In this document: in pieces, positions 50,868-62,240 of the stretch
Position numbering within the stretch: position 1 is the first letter of the stretch
How the letters are laid out: each line of letters begins with the position of its first letter
Source of the DNA: Epithemia pelagica
Lineage: Eukaryota > Protista > Bacillariophyta
NCBI GenBank assembly: GCA_946965045.2
Contig: OX337232.1
Coordinates: forward strand, 1,612,001-1,676,000
Length of the DNA stretch: 64,000 nucleotides
Direction of reading: 5' to 3'
The notes under the pieces: generated by a model
What the model saw: only the letters and a program-made list of their open reading frames with translations
Databases searched by the model: none
What the model was told of the DNA's origin: nothing
Translations under genes and position numbers: made by a program

Positions 50868-52345
50868 CTAGTTATATACCATGTACTTGGGAGTAGAACT
50901 GAACTTCTTGTATCCCTTCACAACCTTGTTGACAGAATCCAAGAAATCCTTCTCACTCACAGACTTGCGCCGTGCTCGAATTGCGAACATGCCTGCTTCA
51001 GTACATACTGAATGCAATTCTGCACCCGTTGTATTTGGACAGAGGCGTGCAATCAACTCAAAACGAATGTCTCGATCACAGTTCATACGTTTGGAATGAA
51101 TTTTCAGAATATGACCACGCCCCTCCAGATCAGGCAAACCAAACTCAACCTTCCGATCCAAACGACCTGGGCGCAAAAGAGCCGGATCTAATGTGTCAGG
51201 ACGATTTGTTGCCATGAGAACTTTGATGTTTCCACGAGCATCAAATCCATCCAACTCCGTGACAATCTGCAACATTGTGCGCTGAACTTCATTGTCACTT
51301 CCATTGTCATCTGAGGAGGAACGAGCTCCTCCGATTGCATCAATTTCGTCAAAGAAAACAATGCAAGCTCGTTTCGAACGTGCCATGGTGAACAACTCGC
51401 GAACCATCCGGGCTCCTTCACCGACATATTTTTGCACCAGCTCAGAACCAATCACACGAATGAAGCAAGCGTCTGTTCGGTTGGCAACAGCACGAGCGCT
51501 CAAGGTTTTGCCAGTCCCCGGAGGACCATACAGCAAAATACCCTTCGGCGGATCGATTCCCAACGTAACAAAGCGCTCTGGATGAAGCAAAGGCAGTTCC
51601 AGTACTTCACGTAGCTTCTCCATAGCCTCTTTCGCTCCCCCTACATCATCATACGTCACATCTGGCTTGTCTTCCACCGTCATGAGACTTACTGTGGGAT
51701 CGATCTTCGGTGGCAAAGGAATTTGAATCGAATACCTAGTTCTATCGACTCCCACACGCATTCCTTCTTCGATATCAGTAGGGGAAACTTTCTCACCGAG
51801 CCCGACAACAAACTTGGCGATTTGTTTGACATTGATAACGTATTTGTTTCCAGCCGTGTTCGAAGAGTTCAGGGCCGACGAAAGCCCTCCTCCGCCACCG
51901 GTTCCTGAACTATCTCCTTCATTGTTGTTTTCTGAATCTCCCTGGATAATTTTGGTGCATCTTGCAACTTGTAACGGTGCCTCCTCCGACATCATTTGCT
52001 TGTCTCCCACCAAATCCCACATACTAGGAGGCGACAACCCGGTATCACTCTCCTTGATTCCGATGAGATCTTTCACAGTTTGCTGATGCTTCTTGATTTC
52101 CTCTTCAAGAGTCTTAATCTGCGTACTGTAAGGGCCCAGTCCATAGGATTTCAATAAGGCAATATCTCCTTCGTCCAACGGAGGCGGGGCGTCATCTTTC
52201 TCCTCCTATTAGTATCAAGGACATGGGAACCTGATGTGAGAATTGTATTCCAGAAATTTTTCATCGAGCGTCAACACAGATACTTCATGAAACTTACATC
52301 ATCGTAGTCCCCGCGATTAGACGTTTGGCATTCACCGGCGCTCAT
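50868..52345 (-). CDS. PSMC2: 26S proteasome AAA-ATPase subunit RPT1 (subunit 7); intron 52206-52297
   Basis: [23 protein letters not shown] Walker [11 protein letters not shown] Walker [33 protein letters not shown] end. Confidence 0.97.
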
Positions 52346-52603
52346 ATTGGCGTTTTATGTTCTCTCTTGCTCTTGTTCGAAAGAGCCGGACGATTTCTTC
52401 AGCGTCCCCTATCTGCTCGGCTCTGAAATGTTGAGCATGAGAATTTGGTCCATTGCTAAGGAGATCAAAGTCGACCATAAAAGAAGAAGTACACATTATG
52501 CTATACTGCACACTTTTCGGGGAGACCTGGGGCGAGAGGGGGCGACACGAATGAACCCCTCTAAAGGGTACCAAAATCCAGTCTCACAAAAAAACGTTCC
52601 ACG

Positions 52604-53483
52604 ATGTCATCGTCAGGATTTGGACAATGGTATGATGATAGTAAGAAATCTCCAGGGAGCAGCGATGCTGGGACGTCAGGTGAAACCTCAAACTCTTGGT
52701 TTGGTGGTCTTGACAGCGAAAGCGTTTTGCCACTTTTCAACAATGAGACCATGCAGAATTTATCGTGGACCAACATGAAGTCCTCGATGGAAGCCCAGAT
52801 GCCCAAGCAGATCTTAGGCATGGGATACCAGCAACGATTTCAAGTTTTTTGTGGTCTTTTATTTCTATCAACGCTTTTCTTCGCACTTGCTTTCTTCGTT
52901 GGAATGCCGGCACTTGTCGGTCGCCCTCAAAAGTTCGCCATCAGCTTTGTAAGTTTGCCACTTGTTCGTGCCAAATGATTGTTGCCTTGAAACTTGAAAC
53001 CCGCTAAACTCGCAAATAAACAGACAATGGGATCATTGACGTTCATGGCTAGTTTTGGAATTCTGAAAGGTTCGTCCGTGTTGATCAATCAGATGCTCAT
53101 CATTCTGTTTTTTGCTCTGACCCAGCCCATTTGTTTCCCTCTTTTTACCATCGTCAGGCCCGATGGAGCACATGAAGAGTATGCTCTCTGCCGATCGAAT
53201 TTACTTCACTTTTATCTATGTTGGCTCTATGACTATGACATTATATTTTACGTTCACATCCAGTGGTGCATCAGGTTACTTGCTGGTGCTTTCATCCAGT
53301 GCTGCACAACTATTGGCTCTCCTATACTATTTGATAAGTTTTTTGCCGGGAGGAGCATCAAGTCTGAAATACGTGTTGGGTGCGATGATGCATATGCTGA
53401 AACCAGTTATCCGTGCGTGTGCTCGTTGCCAAGCAATGTGTTTGAAGCGGTGGGTTCTATGGTTTGCGCGTGGGAACTCATGA
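52604..53483 (+). CDS. SFT2: SFT2/Got1-family vesicle transport protein; introns 52949-53023 and 53070-53157
   Basis: MGYQQRFQVF...RPQKFAISFTMGSL...R(IY)FTFIYVGSM...YYLISFLPGG four-TM pattern after splicing. Confidence 0.85.
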
Positions 53484-53866
53484 ACCCATTCATTTCTTTG
53501 TCCTCGTATCACGGAATAGCTGATCTGCTCAATCATCATATTATAATGCACATGGTACGAGGAAGGAAGGCATCTCCTGTATCCGTTGTATTGCCGATAT
53601 CAATTACTGAGCTTGTACATGGATTCCGCCTCTATCTTTCTGTTAAGCCGAGAACAGGCACAAGCACAAATTCGTTGTTTTCCGAAATCATCAAGTTAAT
53701 AGTAATTACTCTTGGTTGCTTCTCATGTGACACCCCCTTGTAATGCTGTTAAGGCGCGATGACAACATTTATCAAACGTGCTGTGTACGGATATGTGTTC
53801 TTTTCACGTTCAGTCCTTTCGTCGTGATGGTGCTGTCTTGGTGGCATCTTTTTTCTCAACTTCCTT

Positions 53867-55900
53867 CTATTTACCTTTCTCCACATCCTCCTGGCCATCT
53901 TTACTTCCGTCACTATCCTCATCCTCTTCATCCGAAAAATCCTCGTCAGACGACTCCTCGTCTTCTTCCTCCACCTTTTCCACCAACAGCTCACCCATGT
54001 CATCTCCAAGAAAGCTGGACGCAACATGCTCCTTTGCCGCCGTTGAGATGGATGCCGCCATGTTTTTGAAAAACCCAAAGCGCCCGGCCGGTTTTTCATC
54101 ATCTTCTTCAAATTCTCCTTCTTCCACGTCGCCTCGTTTCTTGCGACGAGAGACGACCGTTCCTGCCCCAGCTGCGGCCGCGCCACCAGCCGCTGCGACT
54201 CCTGCCATTTTGGCCTTCCTTGCTCTGTCATCCTGGGCTTCATCGTGAGCATCTTCAGCTCCGTCCATGCCATCTTCCAAGCCATCAAATGCATCACCGT
54301 GATTATCAATGATCTCAGCTGCGCTATCCAAGGCCATGGCTGCATCTTCCATATCTTCCGCAGTATCTCCAGCCTCATCAGCAGCTTCTTCCATAGCTTC
54401 TAAATCTTCCATCTCACTTGATGTCATCTCTGAAACGGATACTCCCACCAATTCCGCAGCAACCATATCAGTGATGCCAGCACGAATGTTTCCGAGGAAA
54501 CCCCCTGCCCCACCACCCTGTGCATTCTTGGCTTTCTGCTTTGGTGGGGGCTTTTTACTTGCGCCTTTGCTTGCGGATTGACTATTTCCTTTTGTGTCGG
54601 CCTCTCCATGTTCATATTCCATTCCTTCTTCTTCTTCTTCCTCTCCTCCTTCTTCTTCTCCTCCTTCCCCGTCTTCATCACCAGCTTCGTCACCTAATTC
54701 TGTTTCCTCTTCTACCATATGTTCTTGTTGGGCATCAGTTCCTTCAGTATTCACCGCATTATCAGTATCTAGTTCTGGGGTTCCGAGGCTGTCATCAACA
54801 TATGGTTGTTCCGGCGCCATGGAATCATCAGGTACCATAGACGAGCTTGTCTCGCCATGTACAGGATGATCACCTTCCAACTCAGGCATGTCGAATTCAG
54901 CTTGTATATCAGGTGGTGACCAACTCGAATCTGCGAAGTCTTGTTCAATCATTTCTGCAGCGTCACCTAAAGAACGCAAATTATCCGGGTCAACCAGTAT
55001 CTTCATGGTTTCTGGATCACTCATGAGTTCAGCACATAGTGGATTGGAATCACGGAGAGCCTTCAAGTCGGGATTATCCTCAATCTCTTCGAGCAACTTT
55101 TGTGGATCGTGCTCTTCACAAATATGATGCATTCTCTCTTGAGTCTCTTTGTCCTCCATCCGATCAGCCGCGCGGTCCAAGGCTTCCCTGTTCTCCCGGT
55201 TATTACTGTCCATGTCGGCATCAGGGTCGTTGGCATCATGGTCACCAGCCCCATCCTCTGGGGCAAAAAATCCGGAGAAAATGGCACCTGTGAGGGCCAG
55301 CCCACCACCCATAACACAAGTCATGATTTTCTTGCAAAACAGAAGGACTTTAAGCACTTTGAAAAAAGGAGACTGTACAATCCTCTGTAGCATTGTTTTA
55401 GGCTTTTTGTCTTCGGGTAACACACCGCCTGCTTTTTTGTAAACTTCCTCGAAATTTATCCTTACAAGTTTTGGGTCTTCAAAAAGAGGGCGAAGGTTTG
55501 GATGTTGGTCTAACATATGTTGTAATCTTGGACATTCTTTGTAAATACCACTTGCAAATTCAGGGTCTTCACGTATTCTCATAACAATATCCAACATAAG
55601 ATCTAAGTTGTCTTGCATTACATCTTGCATCGGGGACAGCGTTGATTTCGAGCTGCTTTGGCCCGCCTCTTTCGTGCTTGTACGAGGAGCATCAAAATCA
55701 GACGCATTCGAAACCGAAATATCTGTGATATCCGTGGCAACAGTTGCAATATCAGCAGCACTCTCAGATCGTGTTATAGCAGGGCTTGGGATTCCATGGT
55801 GATACGGCCGTGGCTGTGATTGAGATTCAAGTGGATGCGATGAGGAGACGATGTTCACTGGTGGTCTTGGCCTCTTCCGCGAAGGCGAACTGTCAGTCAT
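53867..55900 (-). CDS. Acidic STI1/DP-like repeat protein, paralog of 37214-39253
   Basis: CPRLQHMLDQHPNLRPLFEDPKLV; DSNPLCAELMSDP; shared C-terminal FLGDDxGExLVEK. Confidence 0.7.
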   Translation of the reverse strand: MTDSSPSRKRPRPPVNIVSSSHPLESQSQPRPYHHGIPSPAITRSESAADIATVATDITDISVSNASDFDAPRTSTKEAGQSSSKSTLSPMQDVMQDNLDLMLDIVMRIREDPEFASGIYKECPRLQHMLDQHPNLRPLFEDPKLVRINFEEVYKKAGGVLPEDKKPKTMLQRIVQSPFFKVLKVLLFCKKIMTCVMGGGLALTGAIFSGFFAPEDGAGDHDANDPDADMDSNNRENREALDRAADRMEDKETQERMHHICEEHDPQKLLEEIEDNPDLKALRDSNPLCAELMSDPETMKILVDPDNLRSLGDAAEMIEQDFADSSWSPPDIQAEFDMPELEGDHPVHGETSSSMVPDDSMAPEQPYVDDSLGTPELDTDNAVNTEGTDAQQEHMVEEETELGDEAGDEDGEGGEEEGGEEEEEEGMEYEHGEADTKGNSQSASKGASKKPPPKQKAKNAQGGGAGGFLGNIRAGITDMVAAELVGVSVSEMTSSEMEDLEAMEEAADEAGDTAEDMEDAAMALDSAAEIIDNHGDAFDGLEDGMDGAEDAHDEAQDDRARKAKMAGVAAAGGAAAAGAGTVVSRRKKRGDVEEGEFEEDDEKPAGRFGFFKNMAASISTAAKEHVASSFLGDDMGELLVEKVEEEDEESSDEDFSDEEDEDSDGSKDGQEDVEKGK

Positions 55901-56983
55901 GGTCTCTCCCTTAGAGAAGTAAGGACACTTTGGATGAAACCAAGCACAAAGCAAACTCTTTCATTGATTTGTTGAAGTGCTCGATGTTGTGTGATCCCTC
56001 CGTTTTGACAGTGAGCTTAGAGAAATGCACCCAAGCGGTACTGATCATAGAGGTGGCCGCAGTTCTAGCGACGGATGGCGTCGGAACTCGCTCACTGCTC
56101 CCTCATTCGTCTGGCGAACTCCGCTCCCAACGCATATCCCCCAAACGTAGTCGCGGTCAGATGAGACAACGCGGGATAAACATCCAAGCCACGTCCAAGG
56201 CAATAATCCTTAAAGTTTAAACCTAAATTCAGACTTGGATATTGAAAGAAGAGGCTGAAAGAATATTTCTTATTAAACGGAAAATGCTAAAATTACATAG
56301 ACAATGCTTTCCACGACTGACAAGTCCTGGCGAGCGTAGAAATGCCGATTTGTTAATAGTATGGCCGTCGCTCGTCGATTCAGTACTAGACCAAACGACC
56401 AAAATTTCAAAAGTGTATTAAGTAAAAGTAATTGCCTTGAAAAAAAAGTCGACTATCGGAATTTAAGTTGGATTTTCTGCGCGCCTGACGCGCCAGCATT
56501 CGATACAATAGTCCACTTTCTTGTTTGTACCAATGTACGGATATGGTCAGAGTACCTGTACGAGTACTGACTGTGGAGACTTGACAGACAGCTGCTGTTC
56601 AACCTGTACGAGTATAAGTAGCATAGTATGAGTACGAGCACTGAGACTGAGACTGAGCACTGCAGTGCGGGTTCGTACTCAATCACGTATGAAGAGATCC
56701 ATGGTGAGGGGCAATTAAAATCAACTAAATATTTCTTCATCGAGAAATGGCAATGGGCAATAACAAATAATTTAAGCTGTTGGCACAAAAAGAGAAGGCA
56801 ATATTATGATATTCGGTTTTATGTTTTATGCCCTGCACCCATTTGATGATATGATAGTCGAGTACTCGTAAGACTCATATTGTACAATACAGGAGCGACG
56901 GTATGAGCACGAGCGATGGTCAGACGAAGTTGGACGATGTCCACCAAAATCCTTTTGTCCCCATCAAGAAAAACCTTTGCACG

Positions 56984-57532
56984 ATGAGACCACTCACGGA
57001 GGACGAGACAAAGACTCTTTTTCTTAAGCTCTCCGAGTACATTGGAAAAAACATCGAAAAGCTGATAAACAGAAGCGATGACCAACGACACTGCTTTCGA
57101 CTTCTGAAAGATCGATGTTACTACGTGAGCGAATCAATCATGAAAGCTGCCACTTCGATCACACGAGACGAGCTTCTTCACGTGGGCGTTTGCCTGGGGA
57201 AATTCACAAAATCGGGAAAGTTTCGTCTTCACGTAACAGCCTTGGAATATTTATCTCAGTATTCACAACACAAAGTATGGGTTAAACCATCGGCTGAAAT
57301 GAGCTTTCTTTATGGAAACCACGTCACGAAACAAGGATTGGCACGCATGACGGAAGGCACTCCTCAATATGCAGGAGTGATCGTCTACAGTATGTCTGAA
57401 ATTCCTCTGGGATTTGGTGTCGCGGCGCAAAGCACAGAAAACTGTCAAACTTTGGATCCGACTGGGAATGTTGTCCTTCATCAGGCAGACATTGGGGAAT
57501 ATTTGCGCGGATTGGAGGAAGAAATATTCTAG
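56984..57532 (+). CDS. NIP7: 60S ribosome subunit biogenesis protein NIP7 (PUA domain)
   Basis: [10 protein letters not shown]...[16 protein letters not shown]...[18 protein letters not shown]...[10 protein letters not shown]. Confidence 0.95.
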   Translation: MRPLTEDETKTLFLKLSEYIGKNIEKLINRSDDQRHCFRLLKDRCYYVSESIMKAATSITRDELLHVGVCLGKFTKSGKFRLHVTALEYLSQYSQHKVWVKPSAEMSFLYGNHVTKQGLARMTEGTPQYAGVIVYSMSEIPLGFGVAAQSTENCQTLDPTGNVVLHQADIGEYLRGLEEEIF

Positions 57533-58257
57533 CATGGTGATGCAACTGGATCCTTTTGCAGATGGTCTTGAAAGAGCAATCAGTGTAATCTACGACCACT
57601 CTTTGTTGTAGAGTTGCGTCTGAATAATCGTCCTTTGATAACAGGAGGCTTCTCCTAGTTAGAAGCCGGCACACGATCGCTGTCTCGTTGTACGTCGTTG
57701 GTCAAGGTCAAGCATATCAAAAGCACCAGCTTCTGTCCAGGACAGAGGCTCCTGCTAAATGCTGGCCCAGCACGAAAAGACATGGTATTGCTTCGGACTT
57801 CGGATGCCTGTATAATGGTAACGAACTCAACTTGGGCGCGAGTGAAGAATGATGAGTGTTGATATTGGAACCTAAATTATCTTCCAGTTGAATCAATTGC
57901 TGTCTGTTGTCCTATTCATTCAACGCGGATAAAAGTAAGGTACGAGCGACATGCGAACAAGGGGTCTGGCGTTTTGGGTTTTGGGTCTTGGGTCTTGTTG
58001 TGTTCGGGTTTGGGCTTCTCTCACTGCATGGACTACTCACTCCTCAGAGGCAAATCTTTCTTTCCAGCATATTTGATTGGTCTCTCTGATATCACGGATC
58101 ACGGCCACTTTTTAGGTAGTGCGAGAATGGATCCATTCGTGACTGAATCTTGCGCGGGCAAGCGTATCCGAAGGATCATAGTGGAACAAGTCGAGAGAAA
58201 GATCTGCCATTCGCCACTCTCTCTCTCGAATCAACACAAGAATCTTTCATCGGTACC

Positions 58258-59271
58258 ATGACATCCCAATTGGAACAACTGAAGAAATACACAATCGTCG
58301 TCTCCGACACTGGGGATGTGGATGCTGTGAAGCGCTTGAAGCCTCAAGATGCCACCACGAATCCTTCTCTCATATACAAGGCCGCGCAACTTCCGCAATA
58401 TGCCCACCTAATTGATGATGCCGTTAAGTATGGGAAAGGAGATCTTAGTCTTATCATGGTAAGTGTGCAGTAAGCGAGTTGCGTTGGAATGTTAGGGCGA
58501 TTCTTTTCCCCTGATGACTTCATCTATTGCCAGGATAAGCTTGCTGTCAATTTTGGTACCGAAATTACGAAGATTGTACCTGGATATGTGTCGACCGAAG
58601 TGGATGCCCGCCTTTCCTTCGATACCGAGGCGACTATTACCAAAGCACGCAAACTAATTGAATTGTACAAAGAAGTTGGTGTGGACAAATCTCGCATCTT
58701 AATCAAGATTGCGGCGACCTGGGAGGGTATTAAGGCTGCAGAGGTGTTGGAAAAAGAAGGCATTACTTGCAATCTTACATTAATCTTCAGTCTGGCTCAG
58801 GCTATTGCTTGTGGAGACGCTGGTTGCACTTTGATCAGTCCTTTCGTCGGCCGCATTTTTGATTACTACAAGAAAGTCGACGGTGTTGACGGATATGAAC
58901 CTGAACAGGATCCTGGTGTGCTCAGTGTTACGAAAATCTACAACTACTACAAAAAGTGCGGATACAACACGATCGTAATGGGTGCATCTTTCCGTACGAA
59001 AGATCAAATTACTGAATTGTGCGGATGCGACCGGTTGACTATATCACCGGGTTTGCTTGACGATCTTTCCGCTTCTACTGATCCGGTTGAGAAGAAGTTG
59101 GAAGCGATCAAAGCTGCTACTGTTGATATTGCGAAAGTAGACATGGACGAGAAAACTTTTCGCTGGATGATGAATGACGATCCAATGGCAACGGAGAAGC
59201 TTGCGGCTGGAATCCGAGGTTTCGCTAAAGACATCGTCAGTTTGGAAGAGATTATCAAAGGCAAGATGTAA
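58258..59271 (+). CDS. TAL1: Transaldolase; intron 58459-58533
   Basis: [53 protein letters not shown]. Confidence 0.97.
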
Positions 59272-59769
59272 ATCTTGACGAGATGCTGAAATGTTGAGGT
59301 CAGGCCCAGCGACGTGCTTTCGAAGGAATTTCATGATGAGAAAAAACTACTGTTTGTGTGTGGGGTCCACTTATGATAGTAGTTTGTTTAAATTTAAGTA
59401 GATGAAAAGTGGACTGACAACTTCATTCGGTTGCGTAGAAAGGCGCGCTGATGATTGCTTCCTTCTGAAGACCAGCCCATCAATTCCTGCTGGTTCTATT
59501 GTGCACAGGTTTGGTAAATCTAATGTTATGAAGTGATCTAGGTTGTATGGTCATGTGTGTTGGAAATTCGTTGTTCTGACAAGTGCTTGTGAAACGAAAG
59601 CACAATTTTGCACAGTCAACTCCTAACTGAATAAGAGCCCTCATTTCAATCCAGGTTACATGCCGTGGAATGACAAAAGCGTAGAGAAATTCATTTATTT
59701 CTAGTAAGGCATAGTTAAGACAACAACATAGCTCCCCTTTCACGTGCAAGCGACAAGATTAACTTGATT

Positions 59770-60765
59770 TCATAACACGGCGGTGAATGGGGATGATCCA
59801 GTTCTTTCCTCCAATTTTGATCTTTTGCAGTCACGAGAGTCGTCCATGCGACTCATCAGGTTGTTCTTTCGTCGCTTTTCTCCAGAACTAGCTGTTTCAT
59901 TACCACTCTCATCTCCCGAGTTTGGTCCGATCGAACCTTCTTCGGAGGAATCAATGGAAACAGAAGTTTTTTCGTCTACTTCCTCCACGTCCTTGGTCAA
60001 GTCTCCGTCGTGCAACCTCTGCCAAACACGTTGAAAGAATATCTTTCTCGATCCGTATCGTGGTCGTCCCGTGGGTAAGCCTTCGCGGGCCGCCTGAAGT
60101 TGTTGGAGTTCCAAAATGGTGTTGCGGACTTCTGGGGGACAAAACCGGCATTTGCTGGTGATGTGTTTCAGAATAGTTTGACTAGTGGTCGTTTGTGCCA
60201 GGCTTCGTACAGAGTTGGGGTAGTAGCGACCGAAACCAGGTTGTCCTCCACACCACTTGCAACTCATACCAATGAAACCAAGCTCACGGTTCTTATAGCA
60301 ACCAACGCGATCTGCGTGCTGCAGACGACATCGCTTCATTTGTGCCATTGCTGCAAAAAGGGGGTCGGGGACAAGATCTCGGTCTTCAATACAAACAAGT
60401 TTGGAGTCCGCAATGAGAGCATCGAAATCCATCAACCGGTCTTGTAAGTCGGGTTTACGACCGTCCATAAGCTGTGAGGCAACGTGTGGAGGACTCGGAT
60501 TAGGAGAGCATGTATCTTCGTCAGAGGTCTCATATTGAAAGGGTGAACTGTTCCGGAAATCCGAGGACTGCGTAATTTGATGGGACGACAGCGAAGAAAA
60601 AGAGGAGTCATTCAAAGTCGGTTCCGGAGTGACGCTCCTGTGCTTTAGAGCCAGCAAGAACTCTGCAAGCGCTTCTGTGTCCTCATCTTTGGGCGAACGG
60701 AAGCACTTTTCTTTATTTCTCATGGCGTCACGTTGATCTCTGTTTCCCAAAGTAATGCAGCTCAT
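59770..60765 (-). CDS. Uncharacterised protein with Cys/His putative metal-binding domain (possible transcription factor)
   Basis: IGMSCKWCGG...RYYP...ILKHITSKCRFCP; basic/Ser-rich flanks. Confidence 0.55.
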   Translation of the reverse strand: MSCITLGNRDQRDAMRNKEKCFRSPKDEDTEALAEFLLALKHRSVTPEPTLNDSSFSSLSSHQITQSSDFRNSSPFQYETSDEDTCSPNPSPPHVASQLMDGRKPDLQDRLMDFDALIADSKLVCIEDRDLVPDPLFAAMAQMKRCRLQHADRVGCYKNRELGFIGMSCKWCGGQPGFGRYYPNSVRSLAQTTTSQTILKHITSKCRFCPPEVRNTILELQQLQAAREGLPTGRPRYGSRKIFFQRVWQRLHDGDLTKDVEEVDEKTSVSIDSSEEGSIGPNSGDESGNETASSGEKRRKNNLMSRMDDSRDCKRSKLEERTGSSPFTAVL

Positions 60766-62240
60766 CGTCGTTTCGTTTCGTTTCGTTTCGAGAGTTTTTC
60801 AGATGAATGTCTGTCTGAATGAGCAAAGGGAGTGATTTGTGTTGTGAGAAATCGTGTTCAAAAACATGAATGAGGGCACACCCAACGGAAGGGCGGTGGC
60901 GGATGTGCTCGCTCACTCCCTCCAATACAACCTCGCTGGAAGTATCAGAAATCGCAGACAAAATTCTACACTCGTTCAGCCACTACTAACATTTCCATGC
61001 ACTACGACTGACCATGCCTCGCTTCCCATTCGCTGCAAGGGAAAGTTGTGGGATCGCCAAAAGAGGGGTAGTTGGTCCTCACCGGTCAGAAGCCAACAAT
61101 GACCATAATTGCCCTTCTAAATACGAGTGCCGAATTAACGGTCATTGAAAGCGGTTTAATTTTTCCGATTTGAAAAAGCGCTGTTTGTCGCGGTCGCCGC
61201 ATCTGCAATCAATTTTGATCTGCAGTCGCATGCTTGCGAGCGCCGGCCGCACAAGGACTGATCGTGATTTCACAACTCCCCACTCCCCCTCCATTCCCTT
61301 TATGGATATCCAATATCACAAATCACAACTCCTGGTGCTTGTGTCTCATCCATGGTATGTATTGCTGCAAGCAAGTTCGAAAGAAGCAATGATGATGATG
61401 CGAGGGTAGAAGATAGACTGCACTCCAACCACTCAATCTTGAAAGAAAGGCATAACGTGAAAGATCTTAAGCGAAAGATACCCGTTTGATGTTTGATCTC
61501 TGCTCATTCGTCTTGTGTCTGTCCCAAAACTCCCCAAAAATTCATATGCTCGCAAGACCCCCAAAACCGAGACAAAATGCAACTCACGAGTTAACGTTGA
61601 CCTTGACCGCGCTTTTACGCATGCCATCATCAACTCGATCCTCGACTGCCTGCGGCACAGTTCCTTCATTGTTCTGTGATTTTTAGTCCTGGACTACGCC
61701 TCTTCGTCGCTAGCTACTAGAGTAGCTACGTACGAAGACCGATTGAGAGAATCGCCACATCACTATAATAGATCCATATACATCCAATGGTCACACTGAT
61801 CGCCCGGACGGTGTCAGATATTCAAAAGGCGTCCTCGTAGTGCTCTTAACACCGCATTCTTCTCATGGTTCAATCACGGCCACCATCACCATGGCTCTGT
61901 GTTGTGGCTCGTTGTTGGAGTGGCATTTGGCAATTCTAAACTCAAGAGGAATTCCGCGAGGATGCACAAACCACAAGGATCTTTTGTACTTTTCGTTTCA
62001 CAGTAAATTGTACGGTCGGCAGTCTTCTCTGGTAGAATCCTTTCTAAGATATACCAACAAAATCAACTGTACCATCCCATCGTGTCAATGGCTCTTCTTC
62101 TCAAGGGAGTCTGTGTTCATATATAAACAAGCTATAGGCCTCTCTATCCATCCCTAATTGTGGAAAAGTGATCTGTTCTTCTGCCAACATTTTCACCCTC
62201 GGTCTTCAAACTTGTTATACGTCAAGACTCAACTATCATC

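Noticed and set aside
57849-57910. Possible C/D-box snoRNA (ATGATGA box C)
   Set aside because: No properly placed CTGA box D or terminal stem
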